DNA of 64,000 nt from an uncultured Rhodocyclaceae bacterium. Lineage in GTDB: Bacteria; Pseudomonadota; Gammaproteobacteria; Burkholderiales; Rhodocyclaceae. Every line of letters starts with the position of its first letter. Positions within the stretch are counted from its first letter, which is position 1. The stretch is taken from positions 804 to 64,803 of the forward strand of contig CAZWFC010000001.1 in NCBI GenBank assembly GCA_964632965.1, given 5' to 3'. This document shows positions 1 to 8,985 of this stretch, one piece after another. The position numbers and the translations under genes are program-made. The notes under the pieces are model-generated. The model was not told the DNA's origin and did no database searches. It saw only the letters and a list, made by a program, of their open reading frames with translations.

Positions 1-1052
1 CGCGGCGGCGACCAGCGGCGGCCGCCGTCGACGGATTCGATCAGGCGCACCACGGTCTTGTCGCCGTCGAAGGTCTTCCAGGCCAGCAGCACGCGCGGCC
101 CCATTGCCAGCAGCGCGGGATGGGCGGCGTTCGGCTCGCCGAAGCGCAGCGCCGGTGTCAGGGCCTTGCCGTCCCGGTCCCAACTGCCGTAGAAAAGCGC
201 GGGCTCGCCGCCGGACTGGTTGAACCAGGCGCCGTGGCGCGTGCCGTCGTCGGCGATGGCGAGGTCGGGCCCGTGGTGCGGGCAGGCATTGACCTGCCAG
301 CGTTCGGCGGTCGCCCGCGGCAATCGGTCGTCGTCGGCGAGGGCACCGACGCGGGCGAGCGCATGGTCGCGCGTGCCGTCGGCGAAGACGTGGCGCCAGA
401 ATGCCACCGGGCGGCCGTCCGTGTCCGTCGCCAGCGCGATGCGGCAGCATTCGCAGCTGTGGGCGGCGAGGCGGACGTTGGGCTGGAAGCTGGCGCCGCC
501 GTCCGTGGAGACGGCGTAATAGAGCGCCGCGCCGCGATAGGTTTTTCCGGCGCGCTTGGCGGCCTCGCCTTCGCGCTTGTCGATCCAGACCAGCGTGATG
601 CGTCCGTCCGGCGCGACGTGGAGGCTCTGGAAGCGGTGCGTGATGGCGTCGCGGTTGTCGTTGACCGTCAGCGGCGCCTCAAAACTCCTGCCGCCGTCGA
701 GCGAGCGGGCGAAGCGGATGTGGCCGGCGTAGGGCGTCGGCAGCGGGGAAGTCCAGGCGACATAGACGCGGTCGCCGGCGACGGCGATCTCGGGGCGCAG
801 TTCGCCGCTGGCACCGACGGGCTCGGGTGCGGACGTCACGCGCGTGGCCGGGCCGAAATGGGCGCCGCGGTCGGCCGACGCGTCGACGACGAGATGGCCG
901 TCGGCCATCCTCGCGCGCCATAACTGGCCGGTCGCGTCGAAGGCGACGCTGGTCGCCAGCGGCGCCTTGGCGTCGGCCGCCTGGGCGCCCGCATGGGGCA
1001 GCAGGAACAGGCCGGAGATGCAGGCGATGATGCGGAACGGCGAAAGACGCAA
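1..1052 (-). CDS. Exported BNR/Asp-box repeat (sialidase-fold propeller) protein, partial (3' end outside window)
   Basis: Absent from the ORF track (TTG start, no stop in window). My minus-strand translation gives a signal peptide, (M)RLSPFRIIACISGLFLLPHAGAQA. It also gives Asp-boxes SLDGGRSF, STDGGASF and SVDGGRRW, and a Cys/His motif HSCECC...NACPHH. GGAG lies 9 nt upstream of the TTG at 1052, and the frame is GC3-rich. Confidence 0.6.
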   Translation of the reverse strand, partial: MRLSPFRIIACISGLFLLPHAGAQAADAKAPLATSVAFDATGQLWRARMADGHLVVDASADRGAHFGPATRVTSAPEPVGASGELRPEIAVAGDRVYVAWTSPLPTPYAGHIRFARSLDGGRSFEAPLTVNDNRDAITHRFQSLHVAPDGRITLVWIDKREGEAAKRAGKTYRGAALYYAVSTDGGASFQPNVRLAAHSCECCRIALATDTDGRPVAFWRHVFADGTRDHALARVGALADDDRLPRATAERWQVNACPHHGPDLAIADDGTRHGAWFNQSGGEPALFYGSWDRDGKALTPALRFGEPNAAHPALLAMGPRVLLAWKTFDGDKTVVRLIESVDGGRRWSPP

Positions 1053-1115
1053 GGCGGTTGCTCCGATGTGGTCGACGCCGCATGCTAGCAAGCGGCCGCC
1101 GCTCAGGGGGCTTCC

Positions 1116-3320
1116 TCAGAAGCGCAGCTTGATGCCCGCCGTGACGGTGCGCGGCATGGACAGGGTGCGGTTGTAGGCCTGGGTATAGGTGTAGCTGTTT
1201 TCCGAATACTCCTTGTCGAACAGATTGACCGCGCTGGCGAAGACATCCGTGGTCTTGTTCCAGGCGTAGCTGACGCTGGCGTTGAATACCGTGACGCCGC
1301 CCTGGCTGAAGACGGTGTTGGCGACCGAGGTCGTGTCGATCGGCATGGAGCCGATGTAGCGCAGTTCGGCGTGGGTGCGCAGCTTGTCGCCCGGCTTCCA
1401 GGTCGCGCCCAGGGTGGCGACGTCCTTCGGCGTGCCGGCCAGTTGCACGCCGAGCGGGTCGGTGACGATGCTGCCGCGGCGCGTCAGGTAGGTTTCCGTA
1501 TGGGTGTAGGTGGCCTCCAGCGTCAGGCTGTCCAGCGGTTTCCATTTGCCTTCCAGTTCCACGCCGTGCGACTGGCCGTCCTGGTCGTTGGTGTAGTACT
1601 TGACCGATGCCGGCGATCCGCAATTCACGAATCCGGCGCCGCAGATGGCGAGGACTTGCGCCGGCGCGCTCGCGTTGTTGGCTTGCGTGTAGGTGGCGAT
1701 CATCTTGCTGATGTTGTAGAGGAAGTAGGTCGCCCCGAAGGACAGCCTGCGGCTGTTGAAATCCGCTCCGAGTTCCCATCCCCTCAGGGTTTCGGGTTCG
1801 AGGTCGGGATTCGCGATGGTGGTGCTGCTGCTGGTGCCGTAGGTACGCGTAATGTTGTTGAAGCCCGGCGCGCGGAAGGCCTTGTAGGCGGCGCCGCGGA
1901 TCGAGAGCCGGTCGTTGAGTTCGTAGCGGGCGCCGACGCTGGGACTGAATGCGCTCGTCGATGAATCGGGCAGCGCCCCGCCGGTGGTCACGCCGGTCGA
2001 TGAGGTGCGTGTATTGACGCGGTCGCGGATGTTCCAACGGTCGAAGCGGCCGCTGAACGTGAGTTCCAGCGCGTCGAGTGGCGACACCTTGGTCTGGCCG
2101 AAGAGTCCGGTGAAGGTTTGCTCGCCCTTGCCATAGGTGCTGGCGTTGAAGTTTTGCAGGTTGGCCAGCGTCGTCGGCGCCAGGTAGAAATTCTCCAGGT
2201 CCGTCGCCGACAGGCGCCGGTAGTCCACGCCGAGCTGGAAGTTGCTCCAGCGGCCGGCCATGGCCTTGGAGTAGGCCACCGAGCCGCCCTGCTCCCGGTA
2301 GCGTTGCGATCCGTACTGGGAGAAGTACTGGACGATGTTGCCGTTGACCTGGGCCGCCGTGACGGCGGTCGACGTCGGGCACTTGGTCCCCGCTGTCTGC
2401 CAGTAGCACGAGGCGCCGTTGTACTTCTCGAAATTGACGAACTGCGCCCAGGCATTCGCCGTAATGCTGCTGGTCTTGTCGAGCGTCTGCGTCAGGCCGG
2501 CGGCGATGTCGGGGCTTTTCTGCACATTGTTGGCGAACTGGTAGCTGATGTCCTGGTCCTGGATGTGGTAGCCGAGGCGCAGGTAGCCGTTCAGGTCGGC
2601 CGTGGGCTTGAAGTAGGTGGTGAGCTGGAGATTGGTGTTCTTGCTGCCCACCGGCTGCTTGGCGGCGAAGCGCCACAGATGCTCGGCGGGCGTGGTCTGG
2701 TAGCCGTCGGTTCGGGACTGGTCGGCCGTCAGGTTGAAGCTCAGCGCATCGGAGAGGACGAAGTTCTTTCCCGCGGCGAAGTTGGCGGCGCCCTGTTGCC
2801 CTGCGCTCAAGCTCACTTCGCCGGCATTGTCTGCGGCGCGCCGGGAGACGATGTTCACGACGCCGGCAGCGGCCATGTTGCCCCACAGGCTGGAATTCCC
2901 GCCGCGGATCACTTCGACGCGTTCGATGTTGGACAGCGGCACCTTGAACCACTGCGTGGTCAGGTAGAAGGGATCGTGAATCGGGGCGCCGTCGAGCAGG
3001 ACCAGGACCTTGGCCGTGCCCATGCCGCGCATCCTGGTCGAATGGCCGGTCGGATCGGACTGGGCGGCCGGGATGCCGGTGAAGTTCAGGCCGGGCACGT
3101 TGCGCAGCAGTTGATCCAGCGATTGCGCCGGCGATTTATCGACATCCTCGCGCGAAACGACCGTCGTATGCAGCGGCATCTCGTCGAGACGCGCGGCGCT
3201 GCGGCTGGCCGTGACCACGATGCCGCCGAGTTCCTGTGCGCCGGAAATTTCCTCGCCCGCTGCCGCTGCTCCGTTCAGCATGGCGAAGGCAACGGAGATG
3301 GAGGTAACTGCGGTCTTCAT
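1116..3320 (-). CDS. TonB-dependent outer-membrane receptor
   Basis: ORF 1116..3485 trimmed to ATG 3320 (signal peptide MKTAVTSISVAFAMLNGAAA). Plug-domain motifs are present (IVVTASR, LDQLLRNVPGLN, RMRGMGTAKVLVLLDGAPI, VEVIRGGNSSLWG). A long barrel ends in an aromatic terminus, ...GIKLRF. Confidence 0.9.
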   Translation of the reverse strand: MKTAVTSISVAFAMLNGAAAAGEEISGAQELGGIVVTASRSAARLDEMPLHTTVVSREDVDKSPAQSLDQLLRNVPGLNFTGIPAAQSDPTGHSTRMRGMGTAKVLVLLDGAPIHDPFYLTTQWFKVPLSNIERVEVIRGGNSSLWGNMAAAGVVNIVSRRAADNAGEVSLSAGQQGAANFAAGKNFVLSDALSFNLTADQSRTDGYQTTPAEHLWRFAAKQPVGSKNTNLQLTTYFKPTADLNGYLRLGYHIQDQDISYQFANNVQKSPDIAAGLTQTLDKTSSITANAWAQFVNFEKYNGASCYWQTAGTKCPTSTAVTAAQVNGNIVQYFSQYGSQRYREQGGSVAYSKAMAGRWSNFQLGVDYRRLSATDLENFYLAPTTLANLQNFNASTYGKGEQTFTGLFGQTKVSPLDALELTFSGRFDRWNIRDRVNTRTSSTGVTTGGALPDSSTSAFSPSVGARYELNDRLSIRGAAYKAFRAPGFNNITRTYGTSSSTTIANPDLEPETLRGWELGADFNSRRLSFGATYFLYNISKMIATYTQANNASAPAQVLAICGAGFVNCGSPASVKYYTNDQDGQSHGVELEGKWKPLDSLTLEATYTHTETYLTRRGSIVTDPLGVQLAGTPKDVATLGATWKPGDKLRTHAELRYIGSMPIDTTSVANTVFSQGGVTVFNASVSYAWNKTTDVFASAVNLFDKEYSENSYTYTQAYNRTLSMPRTVTAGIKLRF

Positions 3321-3455
3321 GGTTTCACTATCCCTTGGAAAAACGCCGGAGTCAGGCAAGGCCGACTCCCGGACCGGTCTGGGCGTGTCGCCGTCCCGTC
3401 GCGGGGTCTCGCCTGAGGAGGTCGGGATAGTACGTTCAAAGGCGCAGCCCCCGGG

Positions 3456-3472
3456 TGCGGCAAAATGTCGCG
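3456..3472. promoter_or_regulatory. Candidate RegA/PrrA-type operator (TGCGGCA-AAA-TGTCGCG)
   Basis: A 17-bp near-palindrome read directly from the sequence, about 135 nt upstream of the TBDR start at 3320. It has the same architecture as the other sites listed below. Confidence 0.45.
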
Positions 3473-3551
3473 CACGGGGTGGCAAGTCATGGCCGACGAT
3501 GTGAGTATCGTCGCCGTCTATGTCGGTCGTGCCTTAGCGCTCGTCGCTATT

Positions 3552-3860
3552 TCACTCCTCGTTTGGCGACTGCCGGTCGGCACCGAGCACATCGCACGCC
3601 GCGCTGTCGGCGGCACCCGCCGGCGTCAGGCAGTGCTGCGCGTCGCAAAGGGCGATGCCGGAGCGGCTGCACAAGCCGAACAGCCGGCGCTGCAAGTCGG
3701 CGCCGAGATTCAGGGCGGCGGGCACCGGCCATGTCGTCATCAGCAGCGACAGATCGAGAACGTCGCCGGCCATCTTGCGTATTCCGTCGGGGCAGGCGCG
3801 GTCGTCGGCCAGCCGCCGGGCGTTGGCGGAAACCCTGCGCAGGGAATCGGTGGTCGTCAT
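3552..3860 (-). CDS. Hypothetical small cytoplasmic Cys-containing protein (102 aa)
   Basis: ORF 3552..4076 trimmed to ATG 3860, because the upstream part overlaps the 3' end of the neighbouring TBDR. No signal peptide, 5 Cys, GC3-rich codons. I recognised no family. Confidence 0.5.
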   Translation of the reverse strand: MTTTDSLRRVSANARRLADDRACPDGIRKMAGDVLDLSLLMTTWPVPAALNLGADLQRRLFGLCSRSGIALCDAQHCLTPAGAADSAACDVLGADRQSPNEE

Positions 3861-3924
3861 GAATTCCGGGTTGCATCCGATGAAGTTACGTCCGCAATTT
3901 TGACGGCCTGCGCCACCGGATTCA

Positions 3925-3958
3925 TGCGGCATGTCGCCGCATGCGACATCGTGCCGCA
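3925..3958. promoter_or_regulatory. Two abutting candidate RegA-type operators
   Basis: TGCGGCA-TGT-CGCCGCA (3925-3941) is directly followed by TGCGACA-TCG-TGCCGCA (3942-3958). They lie in the 127-nt gap between the TBDR stop (3988) and the small-gene start (3860). Confidence 0.45.
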
Positions 3959-3987
3959 GTCCCTTCCGTCGTCGCAACGGCGGCGGC

Positions 3988-6072
3988 TCACCACTTTCCT
4001 TCCAGCGACAGCAGTACGGTGCGCGTTCCCCTGTCGGTGGCGGCGAGCGACCAGGTTGCGCCGGGCGCGGAGGCATCGAGCTGGCGGCGGGTGTCGGCGC
4101 GCAGCAGGTTCTGCAAGGACAGACGCAGGTTCAGGGAGCGGCTCAGCTTCTGCAGCGCGTAGGCATCGAACACGGTGCGGCGCCGGGTTTCATAGGCTTG
4201 TTCGCCCGGCACCTGGGTGAGGACGCGGCCGTTGTGCTGCATCGATACGCCGAAGCTCTTGTCGGCCAGGGTCTGGTCGAAGCCGGCGCTGAGGATGTAG
4301 CGCGATGAATCGCGCGCGGCGCGGCTGATGCCCAAGCGCTGGTCCTCCACCCGGCTGCGCGGCACGGTCAGATGGGCACGGAATGTCGCGCCGCGCCAGC
4401 CGAGGCTGTCGGCGCGCAGCTTGCCGTCGAGTTCCACGCCCCAGTGGCGGGCGGCGCCTTCGTTGTAGGGGCGGTCCACCCAGCGCGCGCCTTCCTGCTG
4501 GACGCGCCTTTCGATGAACTCCTCCGTCTGCCGCAGATAGGCGTTGGCGCCGAAGACGCCGGCTTCGTCCGGCAGGTAGCGTTCGAGCACGGCCTCGAAA
4601 TTCACGCTGCGCTCGGGGCGCAGGTTCGGATTGCCGCGCCGGTCGGGTTCCAGCGGCGTGTTGGCATTGACGCTGAATACCGGCTGGTTGGTGAGTTCGT
4701 CGAGGCGCGGCGGCTTGATGCCGGCGCCGAGGGACGTGCGCAGCACCCAGCGCTGCACCGGTTCCCAGCGCAGGGCCAGCGAGGGCAGCAGGCGCCGGTG
4801 GCTCTGGCCGGCGCCGTCGACGGCATAGCGGAGGACTTCGCCGCGCAGACCCGATGTGACGGTCGTCCCGGCGCCCGGACTCCACTCGTCCTGCACCCAG
4901 GTGCTCCATTGCCTGTCCCAGGCCGAGTGCGTTTCGTCGGCCGTCACGGCGCCGCTGTTGATCTGGCTCTCGTCGCGGCGGTGTCCGTTCTCCTCGACGC
5001 TGGCGGCGAGCACATGCTGCCCCGCGCTCCAGTCGAGACGGACGGCGCCGCCCAGGTCGCGCTCCTTGCGGCGCATCTGTTCGTTCGAGAGCGTGGCCGC
5101 TCCGGCGGCGGTGAGCGCGTTGCGCTGCGTATCGGCGTAGCGTGCGCCATCGGAGAACGCCAGCCGCGCGGAATACTTGCGGCCGTCGCGCAGCATCTCG
5201 GCGTCGGCGCGCAGGCGGTTGAAGGCATTGCGGCTGCGCTCGTTGTCGTTGCGCGTGGTGCTGTTGGCCGGGGTGGCGAGGTCGCTGCGTTCGAAGGCGT
5301 TGTCGCCGCGCCCGAAGGAGCGGAAGATCACCGGGTTGATGGACAGGCTGTCGCTGCCGGATTTCCACGCCAGGCGCGGCGACATCACGAATTCGTTGGT
5401 CTTGCGGTCGCCGTGTTCGTCGTCTTCCTGGCGGATTCCGGTGCTGTCGCTGCGGCTCGCCTGCCGCCCCGACGGCATGTCGTGGTGGTTCAGCGTCACC
5501 GGCAGCAGCCAGGAGAAGGCCTGGTCGCCGCCGCCCTTGGTGTAGGAGGTCTGGACCAGCGGCTTGCCGTTGCGCCAGCCGCCGGCCGCCTTGAAGGCGG
5601 TGGATTCCCGCGACAAGGGCTTGTTGAGCACCAGGTTCACGCTCAGCGGCGCGCTGCCGCCGAATTCCGCCGACGAGCCGCGCACGATTTCGACCCGTTG
5701 CAGTTCCGTGGAAGGCAGGCGGCCGACGATGGCCTGGGCCATGCGCGCATTGCCGGGAACGCGCTCGCCGTCGATGAGGATTTGCACCGAATCACGCACC
5801 ATGCCCCGCGAACGCAGTCCCATGGCGCCGTCGGCGCCCGGCGTGCCGGCATCGACGCCGGGCAGCTTGCCCATCACGTCGCTGATCGTCAGCGCGCCCA
5901 TGGCCTCGATGTCCTGGCGGTTGATGACGACTTTCTGTGTCGCGGCCTGGCGGCGCTCGGCGATGTCGTCCTCGCCGCCGGCGGTGACCGTCATTTCCGG
6001 GAGTGTTTTTTCACCGGCCGCCCAGGCGTTTGCCAGGGTCAGCCACAAGGGCAGCAGAAGGTATCGTTTCAT
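3988..6072 (-). CDS. TonB-dependent outer-membrane receptor
   Basis: Signal peptide MKRYLLLPLWLTLANAWA. Plug motifs are present (EMTVTAG, GLRSRGMVRDSVQILIDGERV, VEIVRGSSAEFG). A 694-aa barrel ends in ...LSLEGKW. Confidence 0.9.
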   Translation of the reverse strand: MKRYLLLPLWLTLANAWAAGEKTLPEMTVTAGGEDDIAERRQAATQKVVINRQDIEAMGALTISDVMGKLPGVDAGTPGADGAMGLRSRGMVRDSVQILIDGERVPGNARMAQAIVGRLPSTELQRVEIVRGSSAEFGGSAPLSVNLVLNKPLSRESTAFKAAGGWRNGKPLVQTSYTKGGGDQAFSWLLPVTLNHHDMPSGRQASRSDSTGIRQEDDEHGDRKTNEFVMSPRLAWKSGSDSLSINPVIFRSFGRGDNAFERSDLATPANSTTRNDNERSRNAFNRLRADAEMLRDGRKYSARLAFSDGARYADTQRNALTAAGAATLSNEQMRRKERDLGGAVRLDWSAGQHVLAASVEENGHRRDESQINSGAVTADETHSAWDRQWSTWVQDEWSPGAGTTVTSGLRGEVLRYAVDGAGQSHRRLLPSLALRWEPVQRWVLRTSLGAGIKPPRLDELTNQPVFSVNANTPLEPDRRGNPNLRPERSVNFEAVLERYLPDEAGVFGANAYLRQTEEFIERRVQQEGARWVDRPYNEGAARHWGVELDGKLRADSLGWRGATFRAHLTVPRSRVEDQRLGISRAARDSSRYILSAGFDQTLADKSFGVSMQHNGRVLTQVPGEQAYETRRRTVFDAYALQKLSRSLNLRLSLQNLLRADTRRQLDASAPGATWSLAATDRGTRTVLLSLEGKW

Positions 6073-6090
6073 GAGTGCGGTCGATGAAAA

Positions 6091-6783
6091 TCAGAAGGTC
6101 CGGAGGATCTGGCTCACGCCGACGAGGATCAGCAGGCCGGCGCTGAGCGCCTCGATGCGCGGGCGCCACGGCCCCAGCTGTTCGCGCAGGCGCGCGCCGA
6201 TGTAAGCGACGCCGAGGCCATACACCAGCGACGGCACGACGATGGCGCCGAGGCCGAAGCTGAGCCCGAGCAGGAAGCCGTCGGCGGCCAAGCCGGACGC
6301 CGCGGCCGAGAACAGCACCACGCCCAGCGGCGCGCAGGGCGTCAGCGCCATGCCGACGCCCATCAGGAACAGGCCGCCCGGCAACAGCGGCCGCGGTGCG
6401 CCGGCGAAGTCGATGCGCCGCACCGGCTGGACGTCGCCGGCGGATGCCGCCGTCGTCGCGCAGGCGGGGCGGCGCTGCCAGAAGAGAGCGAGGCCGACCA
6501 TCAGGGCGGCGGCGCCGACGAGCAGGTGCAGCTGCGGCGCGGCGGCGGTGCCGGCCTTGACGAAATGGCCGGCCCAGCCCGCCGCCAGACCGAACAGCGA
6601 GTAGCCCGTCAGGCGTCCGAGGGACAGCGGCAGCACGACGCGCCAGGAGCGGCGAAGGCTGAAGTCGCGGGCGAGGAACACCGGGCCCAGGTAAGGCAGG
6701 CAGCTGACGAGGCAGGGGCCCAGGCCATAGACCAGCCCGAGGGCCATGGCCATGGGCAGGCCGACGACGGTTTCGACGGGCAT
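6091..6783 (-). CDS. Polytopic membrane protein, DsbD_2/CcdA-like or TauE/SafE-like
   Basis: ORF 6091..7200 trimmed to ATG 6783, which forms an ATGA overlap with the upstream stop. 230 aa, about 6 TM helices. It has GPCLVSC in TM1 and LTPCAP in a later TM. Paralog of 46226..46927. Confidence 0.75.
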   Translation of the reverse strand: MPVETVVGLPMAMALGLVYGLGPCLVSCLPYLGPVFLARDFSLRRSWRVVLPLSLGRLTGYSLFGLAAGWAGHFVKAGTAAAPQLHLLVGAAALMVGLALFWQRRPACATTAASAGDVQPVRRIDFAGAPRPLLPGGLFLMGVGMALTPCAPLGVVLFSAAASGLAADGFLLGLSFGLGAIVVPSLVYGLGVAYIGARLREQLGPWRPRIEALSAGLLILVGVSQILRTF

Positions 6784-7586
6784 CAGGACGCCTCGGCGAG
6801 GAACTCGCTGCGCGCCAGGATGGCGGCGCCCAGGGCGGTGGTCGTCTGCGCGTGCTCCGGCACCACGAGTTCGTGCTGCAACTCGTCCTGGATTGCCGCC
6901 ACCAGGCCCTTGTTCAGGGCCGGACCGCCGTCGAAATAGACCCGGCCCTCGATGCCGACGCGCTTGGCCAGACGCACCGTGCGCTTGGCGATCGAATAGT
7001 GGATGCCGGCGATGATCTCTTCCTTGCCGTGGCCGTTGGCGAGCAGGCCGATGATCTCGGATTCGGCGAACACCGTGCAGGTGGCGTTGATGGTCAGCGG
7101 CGCGCCCTTGCTGTTGAAGTGGTAGTCGCCCAGCTCCTCCAGGTCGACATCGAGATTGCGGGCGGCGACGTCGAGAAAGCGCCCGGTGCCGGCGGCGCAC
7201 TTGTCGTTCATGACGAAGTTGGCGACGTTGCCGCCGGCATCGATCTGTATCGCCTTCGAGTCCTGGCCGCCGATGTTGATGATGGTGCGCACGCCGCCGA
7301 AGGCCTTGCCGACTTCATGCGCGCCGATGGCGTTGGCGGTGATCTCGGATATCGAGTCGTCGGCTTCCTTGAACAGCTTGCGGCCGTAGCCGGTGGCGAT
7401 CAGGTATTTCACCTGCTCGCGCGCGACGCCGTGCTGCTCCAGCAGGACGTGCAGGGTTTCCTTGGCGTTCTTGTGGAACAGGCTGCCGGAGTCCCTGACA
7501 TGGACGCCGACGATTTTCCCCTCGCCATCCACCAGCGCCACCTTGATGGCGGTGGAGCCGATGTCGAGGCCGGCGAAATAGTTCAT
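6783..7586 (-). CDS. BcrAD/BadFG/HgdC-family ATPase (activase of 2-hydroxyacyl-CoA-dehydratase-type Fe-S enzymes)
   Basis: ORF trimmed to ATG 7586 (MNYFAGLDIGSTAIKVALVD). Family motifs are present: GGQDSK, NDKCAAGTGRFLD and CTVFAESE (the Cys pair that bridges the dimer 4Fe-4S cluster). Confidence 0.85.
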   Translation of the reverse strand: MNYFAGLDIGSTAIKVALVDGEGKIVGVHVRDSGSLFHKNAKETLHVLLEQHGVAREQVKYLIATGYGRKLFKEADDSISEITANAIGAHEVGKAFGGVRTIINIGGQDSKAIQIDAGGNVANFVMNDKCAAGTGRFLDVAARNLDVDLEELGDYHFNSKGAPLTINATCTVFAESEIIGLLANGHGKEEIIAGIHYSIAKRTVRLAKRVGIEGRVYFDGGPALNKGLVAAIQDELQHELVVPEHAQTTTALGAAILARSEFLAEAS

Positions 7587-7635
7587 GCTGCCTCCGCCGG
7601 GCCGCCCCAAGAGGGCAGCGAGTCGATGGCCCGGA

Positions 7636-7685
7636 GCGAACACCGTTCGCGAACAAGCGTCACCCCCCTTCCGCGGGAAGGGGGG
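7636..7685 (-). promoter_or_regulatory. Intercistronic stem-loops between the HGD-D-type gene and the activase gene
   Basis: GCGAAC-ACC-GTTCGC at 7636-7650. CCCCCCTTCC-GCG-GGAAGGGGGG at 7663-7685, a perfect 10-bp stem. No T-run follows on the transcribed strand. Confidence 0.4.
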
Positions 7686-7701
7686 CTGGGGGGGATGGTT
7701 C

Positions 7702-8985
7702 TCATGTCATTTTCCTCTTGCGGGTCTTGATCGATTCGAGGAAGGCCTCGATGCGCGTCGACAGCTGGCCCTGGTCGTCGGGGCTGTAGTCGGTTTCGAT
7801 GTAGAGCATGGGAATGCCGGCCGCGTTTAGCGCCGCGGCGACGCTCTTCTGTTCCATTTCGTACACCTGGCAGCCGGCGAAGGCCTGGTACACGACGCCG
7901 TCCACCGCGAAGCTGCGCGCCAGTTCCAGCAGGCGGCGCTTGCGGTCGTCGTTGCGCGTGAAGATGGGGCAGGTGCAGGGCTTCAGGTACCTGTCGGCGA
8001 GACTGTCCACCATGTCGTTGAGCAGCCACTCGTCGACGGCGGTCATGTCGTAGAGCATGCGGTTGGCGGAGCAGGTCTCGTCGGCGACGACGACGCCGCC
8101 CGCTTCCTCGATCAGCAGCGGCAGCTTGAGGTTCGGAAACACCGGCGGCGAGCCCGTGAACAGGATGCGCGGCGCCTTGCGCTGCGCTGCCTGGTAGCCA
8201 TCGGCCTGGCGCTGCGCCAACTCCGTGTTGAGCTTTTCCACGGCATCGGTCCAGCGTTCGATGTCGTCGAAGAAGAAGGCGTTGGTGATGAGGAAGACGT
8301 CCTTGCCGAGCATCAGCGCCGGGCTGGCCTTGCGGAAGTCGTGCAGCCGGCGGAAGGCGGCCTGGGCCTGGCCGGTGCGCGCCATCGCCGCCTTGAGGTT
8401 CTTGCGCGTCAGCTTCCTGCCGGTCACCTCGCGCAGCTTCTGCGCGAACTGGCGCACCGAGCGCTGCCAGTAGAGCCGCGCCTCCTCGCTTTCCTTGACG
8501 CTGGGCAGCTCCAGGTTGTAGACGGCATGGCCCATGTCCTCGATCATCGCCGAGGCCTTCTTCTTCTGGTCGCAGGTGGTGGGATTGACGACCAGGTCGG
8601 GCTTGCCGATCCGGGGAACGGGGGCTTCGGAATGCAGCATGCCGAGCGTGGCCTTGACCAGGGAACACGATTTCGCCGGCATGAAGTCGGCGCCGACCTG
8701 GTCGTAATGGTAGGAGCCGTTGCACAGGCGCACCGGCGTCGCGCCGAGGGCGTAGATGAGTTCGTCCGGCACCTGGATGCAGGTGGTGCCGATCAGCTTG
8801 CCGCTGTGGGGCAGCGGCTCGCCCTGGATATAGACGCGGCGGAACAGGTCGTAGAAATACTGCATCGCTGCGGGGTTGCCGTCGAAATCGTCGGTGATGT
8901 GGTCGAGTGCGACCTCCGCTTCGCGCGCCTGGCGCGACAGGTTGTAGGCCGGCTGGCCGCGTTGCGGCGTGGATGTCGTGGTCAC
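7702..8985 (-). CDS. HGD-D family Fe-S protein (2-hydroxyacyl-CoA dehydratase / benzoyl-CoA reductase B-C / double-cubane-cluster protein family), single subunit
   Basis: ORF 7702..9957 trimmed to GTG 8985, which forms a GTGA overlap with the upstream stop (427 aa). Family-like blocks are present: GTTCIQVPDELIYALGATPVRLCNG, TTCDQKKK, ADETCSANR, KPCTCP and FAGCQVY. The exact start is uncertain. Confidence 0.8.
   Translation of the reverse strand: MTTTSTPQRGQPAYNLSRQAREAEVALDHITDDFDGNPAAMQYFYDLFRRVYIQGEPLPHSGKLIGTTCIQVPDELIYALGATPVRLCNGSYHYDQVGADFMPAKSCSLVKATLGMLHSEAPVPRIGKPDLVVNPTTCDQKKKASAMIEDMGHAVYNLELPSVKESEEARLYWQRSVRQFAQKLREVTGRKLTRKNLKAAMARTGQAQAAFRRLHDFRKASPALMLGKDVFLITNAFFFDDIERWTDAVEKLNTELAQRQADGYQAAQRKAPRILFTGSPPVFPNLKLPLLIEEAGGVVVADETCSANRMLYDMTAVDEWLLNDMVDSLADRYLKPCTCPIFTRNDDRKRRLLELARSFAVDGVVYQAFAGCQVYEMEQKSVAAALNAAGIPMLYIETDYSPDDQGQLSTRIEAFLESIKTRKRKMT

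Noticed and set aside
679-2952. 757-aa ORF (minus strand) overlapping the TBDR gene in another frame; also 120..923 (+) and 2118..3416 (+)
   Set aside because: These are Arg/Pro/Gly-rich nonsense-like translations with no motifs. They overlap frames with convincing TBDR and BNR homology. They are typical high-GC shadow ORFs.
4372-6087. 571-aa plus-strand ORF antisense to the TBDR at 3988..6072 (and 4190..5368 minus, out of frame)
   Set aside because: Low-complexity Ala/Gly/Arg composition with no recognisable domain. The opposite frame encodes a complete receptor with a signal peptide and an aromatic C-terminus.
6783-8985. Interpretation as benzoyl-CoA reductase or a 2-hydroxyacyl-CoA dehydratase (anaerobic aromatic / amino-acid fermentation pathway)
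   Set aside because: There is only one HGD-D-type subunit and one ATPase gene, whereas Bcr needs four subunits and dehydratases need an A+B heterodimer. No CoA-ligase/transferase, ferredoxin or beta-oxidation-like genes are in the window. The context is envelope transport.
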